Source of the DNA: Haliotis rubra
Taxonomy: Eukaryota
Length of the DNA: 64,000 nucleotides
Direction: 5' to 3'
NCBI RefSeq assembly: GCF_003918875.1
Contig: NW_025766981.1
Location: 434,001 to 498,000 of the forward strand
The translations under genes and the position numbers were made by a program. The notes beneath the pieces were generated by a model that saw nothing but the letters and a program-made list of their open reading frames with translations, made no database searches and was not told where the DNA came from. Positions 50,273 through 62,582 of the stretch are shown piece after piece (position 1 is the first letter of the stretch; the number at the start of each line of letters is the position of its first letter).

Positions 50273-51314
50273 GGGGAAGGGAGAGGAACAGCTCGTTCTG
50301 AAAGGTCAACAAGACAGGGGTTGCAGGCACAATTCACAACATGAAGTTTTCATGTGAAATAAATGTCATTTAACGTGTAAAAATTCAAAATTAGAAGCAT
50401 ATAAAAGGTTGTTTATACAATTTAAACTGTCAAACTATGGCTTAAAGGTTTTGAAAGACAAAGGTTTTGTTGTTAGCGTATGTTCCGCTTGACTGATTCA
50501 GGCTCGTCTAGAACTGCAAGGTGCCATCTTGTTGTACATTTTGTATGTACTCCTTTGTTATACTCATGTACCACCGATGGTGGATTAAGTAATAAACGTG
50601 TGATGACAAAGGACAATATATGTTATGCTACCTGAGTGAAGAACCGGTTTTACTAAAGTGTACAATGTATATATTAAGCTGGCAGTCATATTTCTATTTT
50701 GCAATTGTTTTATAGCTTTGTTTAGATGTTTTAGAAAGAGGTCCGATTGTTCCTGTCACGACCGAAAGGGTTAATGTTGTATTTACGAAGCCCTGACCCT
50801 AGCCTGTCTCACAGTCAGTGAATCGCATTATTCCCTCCCTCCCATTCCTTTCTGCAATGCTGTAAATCCCTATATGAAGCAAGTCTAGATTTTCTCACGT
50901 ACAGGTTCTAAATTTCCCATCTCACCGGGGCTCCTTTTCAATTTAACAGGAATTGTTTTGTTTCTATCAAAATGCTTTTATATTCAGTCTACCCCAACCC
51001 TAATTTTATTCATAGCTAATTCACTTTCACATTGCTTTTAGATATCATAAATGTTTGGGGGATGTAAAAATTAAATTGATTTAAGTGAATGAAGTCTTTC
51101 TGAGGTTTTCAACCTTTAAAACTAGGGATATAGTATGTATTTTATTTTCGAGGATTTTATTGAATAGAGTTGGACCCTATATGTTGGAAAAATAAGCGGA
51201 AACATTTCTTAAATATGACATTGTGGTTTCGTGCGTAATTATCTTTCATCGACAAGGTGGATTACCTTAATTAATGTGTTTGCATTTCTCTGTTCGTGAA
51301 CAGAATTCTTCACA

Positions 51315-54300
51315 ATGGAGACGAGTCTAACAATATCGAAAGAACATAAAAAGGTCAGTACCATTTTCGGAGGGGTGATGGTTTCTGTGATCTTGACACT
51401 TTACACGTGCGCCGTCATGGCAGGGGTGCCACTTCAGAGCCAGTACGTGAGGCACAGACTCCTGCAAGAGTACACGAACACCAGTAACGCCAGCGACATC
51501 TTCGCCTCATCGTGCGACAACGACACCGTACAGGACATGGACATCCTACAGATGGTTCAGGAGGACACTGCTCGCCGACTCCTCTACTTCTCCCTCAGTG
51601 GCAGCATCCCGTCAATTCTCGTGAATCTCGTGTTTGGCTCGTATTCCGATTTCTTGGGAAGGAAGATTCTGTTCCTTTTACCTCTATGTGGAGACCTGTT
51701 GAAGAACATTCTTTCCGCTTTGATAATACGATATAATTGGAGTTTAACATTATTTTATGCGGGCAGCGTAGTTGGAGGATTTTGTGGATCTTTCACTACG
51801 ATTCTTCTCGCCTGTTTCTCTTACACTGCTGATATTACACCTCCACAGAAATCCCGTACAATCGCTATAGCTTTGTTAGAAACAGTTCTGGCTGTGGCAT
51901 CTTCTGCAGGGTCTCTAGTCACCGGATACCTTATCAGCTCCCTAGGGTACTTCTACCCCTCGCTCATGATCGCCATCCTCCTCGCCGTCGACGTACTCAT
52001 CGTCATATTCCTGCTGCCGGAGACGCTTAAGAATGTCGAGCACATTATTATATCGCCAATTGTACATCTGAAAAAGTGTTTCGGATTTTACACGATATAC
52101 GGGAGCGGTTTAAAGCGGATTAAATACAACGTGTGCATGGTCATCTTGTTCTTTGGCGTCATTAGCCTGATCGGACGGACGTCCATAGAAACCCTGTATC
52201 AGCTGGACTTGCCGTTCTGCTGGAACTCCGTGAAGATAGGATACTACGGCGCCCTGCGTATTGTTATCCAGTCCATATGTAGTGTCCTGGCCATCAAGAT
52301 GCTCCAGCCTTGCCTCCGGGACGAAATCATCGCCATCATCGGGATGCTGTTTGGGGCGGCCTCTCTAGCCATGGAAGCGTTTGCGACAACAGATTGGATG
52401 ATGTATATAGGTAAACACTTATAAATCTGTATAACTATAACCCACCAATGATGAGTAGTTTGCGTGGACATTAGATTGTTGTCATGTAGACCCGTGAAGA
52501 TCCGGGTTAGAATTGGTCTTCAGCAACCCTTGTCGTAAGAGGCGACTAGCGTGATCGGGCTGTCAGGCTCGGTGACCTGGTGACACATATCATCGTATCC
52601 CAGTTTAGATCGGTGACCATGCTGTTGATCACTGGATTGCCTGCTGCAGACTCGATTGTTTACAGACCGCCGCCATACAGCTGGAATGTTGCTAAGCGTG
52701 GCGTTAAACAGCAAGCAAACAAAACATTGTAATGCAACTTTGGGGGCCGGGGTAGCCTAGTGGTTAAAGCGTTTGCTCGTGACGCCGAAGACTTGGTTCG
52801 ATTCCCCACATAAGTACACTGTGAAGCCTTTTCTAGTGTCCCCCGCCTAGATATTGCTGAAATATTGCAAAAAGCTCCCTCACTTCAGTTAGGCGTGACT
52901 TAATGACAGTATGTTTAACATGAATTAATATACTTTTATCGGTGATCACAAACACAGGGACCCGTGAAGATCCGGGTTAGAATTGATCTTCAGTAACCCA
53001 TGCTTGTCGTAAGAGGCGAATATCGGGTGGTCAGGCTCACTGACTTGGTTGACACATGTAATCGTATCCACGGAGGTATCCAATATCAACAAAATCTTGT
53101 GGTCGCCTTGAGGCCGAAGGGAAATATAATAACGGGCGATAAATGTTAAGCCCACAGGAGGTAACTCTATCACGATTATTTACAGACTGCCGTCATATAG
53201 CTAGAATATTGTCTCAGTGGGGCGTAAAACTAAACTCACTCACTTTTCTGTGTTGCAGTGCCTGTTGTGGGAATCTGTGCCTACACAACCGTTCCGATAT
53301 TCAGAGCCATCATGTCACGCATGACGTCACCGAAAGAACAAGGTAAGCCATGACGCTGAGACCATTCGGTTTGTTGTGTTGTTTACGGAAAGGGTCGAAT
53401 GGTGGCGAATGGGATGGGTGTTGACTAACGTCTCTCTCTCTTTATTTATATATATTGATAAAATAGTTCCTTTTAAATTGAAAAGGAGCCAGTGAGACGA
53501 CATATCCTGAAATGAGGTAATCTAAACTACAGATAACTGGTCTACAGTCTTTGTGAAATCCAAACATGGAACTATTTTGTCGACTGTCGAAGAAGGTGTG
53601 AGTAGTAAGACGGATGACGTCACTCAAAACCGTTGTGCTGTGTATTAATGCTCCTCCATGGTAATAAGGATGGAGATGATCTGTGCTGAAATGGTGTGCC
53701 TTTATAGGATATAAACAGATTACTTCACTCGTGCAGTAATGTTTAAGTACTTGTGCAGTAATGTTCACAGTATATAATTACTAATCGATATGTTCAAAAC
53801 ATTTACTTTTGTTATATTTTTATCCCCCCGGCATGTAATGCGGGGGGATATAGTCGTCGCCTCGTCCGTCCGTCCGTCCGTCCGTCCGTCCGTAATCATT
53901 TTGTTTCCGGAACTCCAAGAACATTCGATATTTTTCAACCAAAAATTGTAGATATATCAAACAGAACCTAAGGTGGTGCCTTTTGCTATTTACAGATTTT
54001 TGGCATTTTTGTTTTTCTCAGTTTCCATGGAAACGTTTTGGACTTAGTCTTAAAGGGAGGGGCAGGCTTCGTTTCCGGAGCATAACTCAGAAACCGTTCA
54101 GTATTTTTCTGCAAAACTTGGTAGATATATCAAACAGAACCTAAAGTGGTGCCTTTTGCTATTTACAGATTTGTGTGATTTATTATTTTCTTGGTTTCCA
54201 TGGAAACGATTCGGACTTAGTCTCAAAAAGGAATGGTGGGTTTCGTTTCCGGAGCACAATTCGAAAACTTCTTAATATCTTTCAGCAAGCTTGGCAGATA

Positions 54301-54470
54301 TGTTAGGCAGATCCCAAAGTGGTGCCTTTTGCTATTTGAAGATTTTTGTCATTTATGTTTTTCATGATTTCCATGGAAACGATTTGCACTTAGTCTAAAA
54401 TCAAGCTGGACTTTAAGTAACTGTCAGATGATTTGTTCTTTCAAAGATTTTGGGGCCGGGGGGATATGTC

Positions 54471-54527
<57 letters not shown>

Positions 54528-56565
54528 CCTATCCGTCCATTCCATCTTTCGGTTTGTTTAACAACGCACTCAGATATATTCGAATTATATGTATGGCTTG
54601 ACATACTGAGCGACATGCCATCCTGCAGGTTATGTTCATTGCGTCGCCTCCTACCACCAGCGGGAGTTGCTGGGGACCCTTTCTAACCCAGATCCCCAAC
54701 ACCGACTTACTGAAAAATACCCCCAAATTCTATACCTCTCGCCTTGTACTCTGCAGGTGCCTTGTTCTCCAGCATCGCCGCCATGGAAACTGTCTGCTCC
54801 ACCGTGTCCATCACGCTATACAACACCGTCTACGAGCTGACTGTAGGGACCATGAAGGGGGCAGTGTTTCTCATGATGTCCGGCTTCTGCGGCCTTACAG
54901 TCCTTCTTATCTTGTGAGTCTCTTTACACGTGGACATTCATCTCAATGCACTGATATAATTGAAACATAAAATGGGCGTAAGGCATGACTTTATATCTAT
55001 GATTAATGGACACAAACTGACGGACAGATTTTATTGGTATATATGGCCCGGAGGCCAACAGTACAATGTAAATATATTGTACGGAACACAGTGACAGCGC
55101 TACCATGCAATACGACGTAAATAGCATACCATAAATAGACAATGCTATGGGAAATAAACAGTTATTGTTGATGTGATCTATTGCGATTTATATGCTATAG
55201 TATTAAGGCTAACTTGTACAGTAGCTGCACGTCACTCGTTGTTAAAACAGCAATAAACTTTTCTTTTGATTGTTGTCTAAATTGACACATACTATTTACA
55301 TTGTCACCTTCTATGTCTATTTATTCTTTCTACGCGTATGGAAATGATACATAAGATCAACGTAATATTCCATCAATCCAGCAATGTGTTAATGGCCCAT
55401 GATATTATAACAACGAATGTGTATGTATTCAGATGGCTTCCCTTACAGTGAGTGGGTGAGATTGGTTTTATGCCGCTTTTGGCAATATTCCAGCAATATC
55501 AGGACGGGGACACCAGAAATGGGCTTCACATATTGTACCCATGTGGGGAACCGAACCCGGGCTTTCGGCGTGACGGGCGAACGCTTTAACCACTAGGCTA
55601 CCCCACCGCCTCTTCCCTTACAGACCCATTTTATATTTGTTTCTCGTCTATGCAGTCCAATGTGAGTGAGTGAGTTTGATTTTACGCCGCTTTTAGCGAT
55701 ATTCCAGTAATATCACGGCGAGGGACACCAGAAATGGGCTTCACATATTGTACCCATGTGGAGAACCGAACCCGGGCTTTCGGCGTGACGGGCGAACGCT
55801 TTAACCACTAAGCTACCCCACCGCCTCTTCCCTTACAGACCCATTTTATATTTGTTTTTCGTCTATGCAGTCCAATGTAATCATCCCCAGTTCAGATCGG
55901 AAAGTAAGATACGATATACAGTAGCATTCCAACTGAATTCTCTTTTCTCCGAGGCAGTGGGGTAGCCTAGTGGGTAGCGTTCTAGCGGTTAAAGCGTTCA
56001 CTCGTCACGCCGAAGACCTAAAGAATGGGATTCGATTCCCCACATGGGTACAATGTGTGAGGCCCCATTTTGGTGTCCCCGGATTTGATGTTGATATTGC
56101 TGGAATATTGCTAAAAGCGGCATAAAACTAAACTCACTCACTCTCTTTTTCCCAAATGAATAGGGTGAAGGGGTATATTGGACAGTGATTACATTTTAGC
56201 GATCACTCTCATAAATTACATAAATAAACATTTCTGTGGTGTCCCTATCTTTAGAGCATACAAGTATAGTTTGGACAATAGTTTATGTTGATATCAGTTG
56301 CCATGACAATTTTACAATACTTATCAACACTCGATCGAGACTTTGTAATGTATACGTGTGGAGTTACGTCCCTTGGTTGAGATGATCTGCCTGTTGATTA
56401 TGCCTGTATGAAGACTTATTTGCATATACATTTTTCACTAGGATGTTCATGGTCATCTCAAGAAGTTCCCCTTCTTCCTACGATTACCTAATTCCGGAAG
56501 AAGATGATGTGCGTTCAGGTGCCAGTGTACTGAATCACGATCACTATGACGACGAAGACGACTGA
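51315..56565 (+). CDS. SLC46: SLC46-family MFS transporter, paralogue 4 (divergent), about 486 aa
   Basis: Exons 51315-52410, 53259-53342, 54757-54913, 56442-56565 (TGA). Motifs GSYSDFLGRK, YTADIT, RTIAIALLE, LYQLDLPFCW, FRAIMSRMTSPKEQGALFS. Tail has YDYL plus an acidic cluster. An acceptor-like tract ending CAG at 51303 suggests an upstream non-coding exon. Confidence 0.92.
52491..52723 (+). mobile_element. Family B element
   Basis: Starts at cccgtgaagatccggg. Confidence 0.82.
52742..52885 (+). mobile_element. SINE family A (degraded)
   Basis: Head and body match the consensus. Confidence 0.75.
52961..53243 (+). mobile_element. Family B element with a foreign insert, ending 15 nt before exon 2 of paralogue 4
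   Basis: 5' and 3' consensus matches. Confidence 0.78.
53817..54472 (+). mobile_element. Helentron-associated non-autonomous element (HINE, DINE-1/pearl-like)
   Basis: T-run then tatcccccgg subterminal repeat with partner ggggggata; (GTCC)n at 53862-53892; about 3 internal units of about 170 bp (gtttccgga at 53904, 54071, 54246); terminal ccggggggata. Confidence 0.78.
54470..54530. repeat. (ATCT)n microsatellite
   Basis: Read directly. Confidence 0.95.
55449..55878 (-). mobile_element. Two SINE family A copies duplicated in tandem with about 50 bp of flank
   Basis: Copies at 55449-55611 and 55663-55827, each followed by cttcccttacagacccattttata...gtccaatgt. Confidence 0.85.
55951..56141 (+). 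mobile_element. SINE family A
   Basis: Consensus match with small insertions. Confidence 0.8.
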
Positions 56566-56569
56566 AACC

Positions 56570-56636
56570 GAGGCTGCACATACCACACGGAGGCTGCACA
56601 TACCACACGGAGGCTGTACATACCGCACCGAGGCTG
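56570..56636. repeat. 20-bp tandem repeat (about 3.5 units) in the 3' UTR of paralogue 4
   Basis: Unit gaggctgcacataccacacg. Confidence 0.85.
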
Positions 56637-57021
56637 TTAGGAGTATTCAAACGATGCGGCTTATGGAATGAGAATTTGTAACTTTAGAAGATGAGAGGGA
56701 CCTCCTCATTCGGCTGTCCCCAACTACAAATGGTGCTGTATATTAAGTATGCATTTGTGTTTGAATAGTTTTTGTCTCGTATATAAAGCAAATGAATGGG
56801 TTTAACTAATACATGATACGGCATCTAGATTCGATTCTAAACGAGCTCATTGTGCAACTGCTCTCTTTACGGGAACAATTTTGAATTTATTAAATATTTA
56901 GCTGCGGTCTTTCCATTGTGTACTGTGATATAAGCGTTCAGACACATCTAATGCAATCTCTCTTTTTGTGATGTGTTATATACTGATTATACACCCTGTG
57001 CGTGTAGCCTAAATATTTCAG

Positions 57022-57233
57022 CAAATGTAACATATGTTCTATTTTGGATTACACTTTCTCAGTATGGTACATATTCTAGTATTTTTGTTTGGTTGAGTCC
57101 GGGATTCGAACCCACTCCCTCAGAGTCAGTAAAGTACTGTACTTTACTGAGAAAGTGTAAACCCAAATATAACATACATTGGATAAACGGGACACGACTG
57201 TATATTACATTTGACCACATTCTAAATGGCATT
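57022..57233. mobile_element. Shorter copy of the 41187 element, 3' of paralogue 4
   Basis: Same inverted ends; gggttcgaatcccgg on - strand; same trailing catttgaccac. Confidence 0.6.
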
Positions 57234-58833
57234 GTGTATTCATCGTTTCAGTATATGGTGTAGATGAATATTGCTTAGTGCATGTTGAAGATATGGGATA
57301 AGAATGTGACTAGTCTCACCAATATTACTGAGGGTACGAGGATATATTCAGTTTAGCAAGTAACAAGATGTTGAGGATAGTACTTGCGTATTTTGGATAG
57401 TACTTCCATGTCTTGAATAGGTATTGCACTTTGTAAATAAGGTGTAATATTACAGAGAGTGCTTTCATATGGTAAAACGTAGTTTCATATTATGAATAGT
57501 ACTTGCATGTCAGACATTACTTTCATGTCTTTAGGTTAGTACTTACATACCACGAATACTTTCATGCAGAAATAATTCTTTCATGACTGTGATGGACAGG
57601 TTTTGCACATTATTATGTATATATGTATATAACTACTTTATAGGTATACGATTGGCATACAATGAATAGAACCTGAATATTATGGATTGGGCTTTCACAT
57701 AGCGGAATATCACATACATTTAATGGTTGTTTTTGCATGTAATGGATGGTACTGGCACATTGAAGGTAGCGTTTCAACAGACTGAGTATAGAATGTTGCA
57801 TTTTGATTGCTGAAACTGGACAGTTAAGCTTGAATCAGTCCGTGAAAAGGAACTTTAACAGTTGTATTCTGAAATTGAAAGAGATGGGAATTGCAGGACG
57901 CGACTTCTCGTAAATGTGTCTATGCACATGACAGACTCATCGACTAGTTCCAGCCATAACCCGTTACATCATTCCTGGATGTGCCTCAACGTCTTCAGCC
58001 ATAGCTAATCAACGTTATCATTCAAATTTGATCATCTCATTTTGTGATTGCGCCAGGTGGGCACATTACTTCCTACTGACTTTATCATGGGCTCCCGTTT
58101 GTTCTTTTGATGGGAGTGTATTTAGTTTATGATGAATATTTTGTTTGATGCACGTTCTGTGTACCATTGCATCTATGATTACACAACACAGCTGAATAAT
58201 ATCTTAATTCTTTTGCAGTTTTTTATATTATTATTTATAGCACCGTTTTACTTAATCTTTTTTATAGGCGTTTACATCTGATATGCATTTAGACAACATA
58301 TTACTGTCTGTATTATGTTGTGCCAATAAAAGACTGATCGGAAATATTTGTTTTTATTTTAAAGTTTGACTTTATATTACATTTATGTGCAGCATCTTAT
58401 GAGATCATCAAGTCGCCATTATCTTCCTTACTTCATCAGGAACAACCGGACACAGGGTTAGTCTGGATGACCCGTTAGTCCGGACACCCAGTCAGACTAG
58501 ACACTCCATTTGGGCACAGTTTTAGACTGGAAATGCCATCGACCCGGAAACCCCTTTGTACGGTTACCCCATTAATCGGGTTGGCCCGGAAACACCGTTC
58601 AGCGAGGTACCCCACCTGCCATAAGTCATTTACAGGAGCTCTGAATGGATGTGTTTGACAATTTGGTCGTTGACAAGGAAATACGTCACCATTGTCTTGT
58701 CAAACAAATTTTTCACAACTGCCATTCGTTTGTTCCGCTGATGGCGTATTAATAAATATGTTAACTGGCTCACATTCTTTGAACTGCTCTTGACATACAC
58801 ATGACACCTCCCTTTAGACTCTTTCTTTGCATA

Positions 58834-59065
58834 CCCGTGAAGATCTGGGTTAGAATTGATCTTCAGTAACCCATGCTTGTCGTAAGAGGCGTCTAACGGG
58901 ATCGGGTGGTCAGGCTCGCTGACTTGTTTGACACACGTCATCGTATCCCCAATTGCGTAGATTGATGCTCATGCTGTTGATTACTGAATTGTCTGGTACA
59001 GATTCGATTAGTTCCAGACCGCCGCCATATAGCTGGAATATTGCTGAGTGCGGCCAACTAACCAA
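58834..59065 (+). mobile_element. Family B element in the 3' region of paralogue 5
   Basis: Full length; imperfect TSD tct.tc.ttgca. Confidence 0.84.
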
Positions 59066-59123
59066 TCTGTCCTTGCACTGTTATGGCACATGTCAGACTG
59101 CTTGATGTTGCTGTGGAATAGAG

Positions 59124-62100
59124 CTACTGCTGCTCCTCATCAGAGGCATCCTCTTCATCACGCCCTTGTACACAGAGGGTGTTCTGGGGTGACACTGCTA
59201 TCGACCGAGTCTTGAACACAAATACTCTGAAAATGAATGGACGTGATCATTTAACCATTTCGAGGGGCGGTGGGGTAGCCTAGTGGTCAAAGCGTTCGCT
59301 CGTCACGGGTACAATGTGTAAAGCCCATTTTATGTGTCCCCCGCCGTGATATTGCTGAAATATTGCTAAAAGCGGCGTAAAACTAAACTTACTCAAAACA
59401 CAAATTTAACCATTTTGAGAGTCACAAACATTATCCCTTATTCTGTCTGATTGATTCTTGAAATACACCTTTATCACCAAACATTTTTATGATGCGTTAT
59501 TTGTTTTGCGCAAATATATAGCTGCGGTCTGTCAATAATTGAGTCTGGACCAGACCATCCGGCGCTTATATTTAACCATCGTCAAACACGAGTATGTACT
59601 TTCTTTCGCCCGTTTGGTTCAAGTGTAAACCAGAAAGTTCGAACACCTGCAGTACTTACGTCAACAATATAATGGCTACGATTTTGGTGGCCGCCATTAT
59701 GAGAAACACTGCACCGCGCATGACGCTCAGCGTTGCTTCATAGACGACGTTGAGTGAGGTAGACCCGACAGCATCACAGACAGCCTCCACCACAGACATA
59801 CTTGTAAATATGGCACCTACAACAAATTGTCACCTCAATTAACCATTAAACTGAGAGAACCGATTTCTCAGAACACACAAGTGGATTGTTTGCTTTTTAA
59901 TGCCGCATTCAGCAATATTCTACCTATACGGCAGCGGTCTGTAAATATTCGAGTCTGAACCAGAGAGTCCTGTGACGAGCATCATGAGCATGACATGTGT
60001 CAACCAAGTCAGCGAACCTGACAACCCGATCCCGTTAGTCGCCCATACGATAAGCATGGGTTGCTGAAGATCAACTGTAACCCGGACCTTCACGTGTTAC
60101 CCTATACGTGACAAAGTCAACTTAGCATCAACTGATGTGAATGTCGTTAGAAACCTGGCTATGCATATCTATTGTGCAAATTCTTTCAGGGTGACTCATG
60201 TCGATTAATTATATATCAAATTGTCAGAAATGCTAAATGACCACCTGTTGGAACATGTGCCGCAGTCCTACATTCTCCACGAATAAAGACATATCTATCT
60301 AAGCTATATATGAACGTCAGACATCGTTCTACTTTTGAAAATATGCCATGCACATTTAACTGGTTTTTAACAAGATGTTGGCGAACATACTTACCCTGCT
60401 CGTCGGCTGGTACCATTCTAGACAGGATAGCCCGTAATGCTGGTGAGATAGCTGATGAAGCTAAACCCACAACCGGAACTGATACCCGGAAAGAAAGAGT
60501 GAACTGAAGGTAAGTGTAACGTGACAATTGGTAGGTTACATATGTTTAGGTATAAACGTATTTTCTAAATGAGTTATGTACCAATTTACCATGTTCCATC
60601 CTGTTCCTATAGTTTCAATGTTCGGCGTTAATTAAGAACCAGATTTGATACCATGAGTGGAGGGACAATAACAAGGGCAATATATAATACAGAGGATAAT
60701 TGGCTTTTCTTGTCAAATGTATTTCGTCTCGTGACCCGACACAATAACATATTTATCACATCTCGTGACCCGACAAGATAACACATTTATTTAATCTCTT
60801 GACCTGAAAGAAAAGTTTTTTTCATGCGTGCTGCAATGCAAATGTCAGTTGATTCATATCACGAGTTTATTCATATCTTACCGATCTTCATGACCTAAAT
60901 ATTATAACCATTTTGTCTTTGAATTGTGACTGAAAGTTGTAATTTCACTGGAATTCGATATGAATGTTAACGTTTCAGATAAATACAGTATGTCATCACT
61001 AAATGCATAATTAACATAACTACCACTATTTTGGAATATATTTTTAAAGACCCTGGCACTGTTTGGTAGCCCAAAGCTGTAAAATGACTGACATTCATAG
61101 CGAATTTAATTTAAAATCATCAAGTAAAGAATATGATATAAAAGTGATCTAGTGAGTTCTGATTTACGTGACTTTAAGCACTTTTCAGTAATATAATCAC
61201 AAGGGGTGGGTGATTATTATTTTACGCCTCTTTTAACAATATTGCAGCAATATCACGGCGGGGGGGGGACACCGGAAATGATACCCATGTGGGGAATCGA
61301 ACCCGGGTCTTCGGCGTTACAAGCCGCCTCATTATAACAAGGATAACACATGTGGAGTATCGAACCCAGCCTTCGGCGTGACGAGTCAATACCTTAATAA
61401 GTAGGCTACCTTATAACACATAGCACCCACCTAAGTACAACATCCAGTCCACGAAAGCAAGGCCTTGTACAATTTTAGATGCAGCTGCAGACATGAAGCC
61501 GATGATACCAACTATACCGTCCGTGGTGCAGACGTGGAGGGCCTTAATGATGACGACACTGCTGAAGTAGTAGACGCCGTACTTCAGGGCACCGTACAGT
61601 CCCAGTTTGACAGAGTCCCAGCAAAAGGGCGGACTCAGCATGTACAAGTTCTCGATATTTACTGTGCCATGCTCGTCTATCATCTTAAACAAGAAAACGC
61701 TTATACAGATCCAGAATAGGGCACGGTTACCTGTAGCCCCTTTTCTAAAATAAAAACCAAACACATTTTTACGGCCGCAATGGGAGAGATACAGGCCCTA
61801 TTTCTTTTGACCGTTTCCGGAAGCAGGGTCACCACGACAAGGAGGTCCAGCATTGTCAAGGCAGCCATCCCCACAGACGGATACAGGTAGCCGTTAATCT
61901 GAATCAAATACCCAGTGGCTATGTGTAGAGATATCTCAGCGATACCCCTGGCTGCATCCACCACAGCCAGTGCCACGGTTCTCACTTTAGCAGGTGGGGT
62001 AATGTCTGCCGTGAACGCGTACCCCGCTAGGTAGAAGGTGAAGCTAGACCCACACAATCCGTCAGCGCCGTACCCGATGAAGAAATAGCGAAGGTCCAGA

Positions 62101-62582
62101 TTCCATGCGATGGTAGCAACTGTCGTGAGGTCTCTGGTGATTCTCCCCACCAACATGGTCATGAACAAGAACCGGCGTCCGAAATAGTCCGAATAGGCTC
62201 CAAGAAATAGGTTGGTGAAGATAGCAGGGATGCTTGTAGCGAGGGTGAGCTGCATGTTGAGGTTGGTCGCATCTCTCTGGACCTCATCCTGGAGGTCGGA
62301 GTCCGCTGCGGTGTTGTTGACAACACATTGACCGTGAGACGTCTTCCTTTCCGGATACGTTGAGTTTGGAAAGTACTGTTGGCTGTATCGCAGGTATAGG
62401 TACTGGGACATGAGTGGACTGTGGATAGCAGAGGAGCCGCCATGGAGGAACAGGATGAGGCTGACGAGGAGCAGGCGGCCGATTTGGGTGGTCTGGTGGT
62501 TTCCAGGAACAATGTTCTGGTCGCCGACATCTTTAATGAGTGGTTCTGTCTCACGTCCTTGGTTGATGTTTTCGTCCTCCAT
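59124..62582 (-). CDS. SLC46: SLC46-family MFS transporter, paralogue 5 (divergent, convergent orientation), about 498 aa if the 1-bp frameshift is corrected
   Basis: Exons 62582-61431, 60478-60395, 59816-59660, 59226-59124 (TAG). Motifs GAYSDYFGRR, FTADIT, LYMLSPPFCW, LRAILSRMVPADEQGAIFT. The two provided ORFs (293 aa and 117 aa) join if the A5 run at 61766-61770 is A6. Confidence 0.82.
59262..59395 (+). mobile_element. SINE family A (B box deleted)
   Basis: Flanked by atttaaccattt duplication. Confidence 0.8.
59884..60096 (-). mobile_element. Family B element
   Basis: Reverse consensus match. Confidence 0.78.
61205..61410 (-). mobile_element. SINE family A fragments
   Basis: One degraded copy plus a second head fragment. 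Confidence 0.7.
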
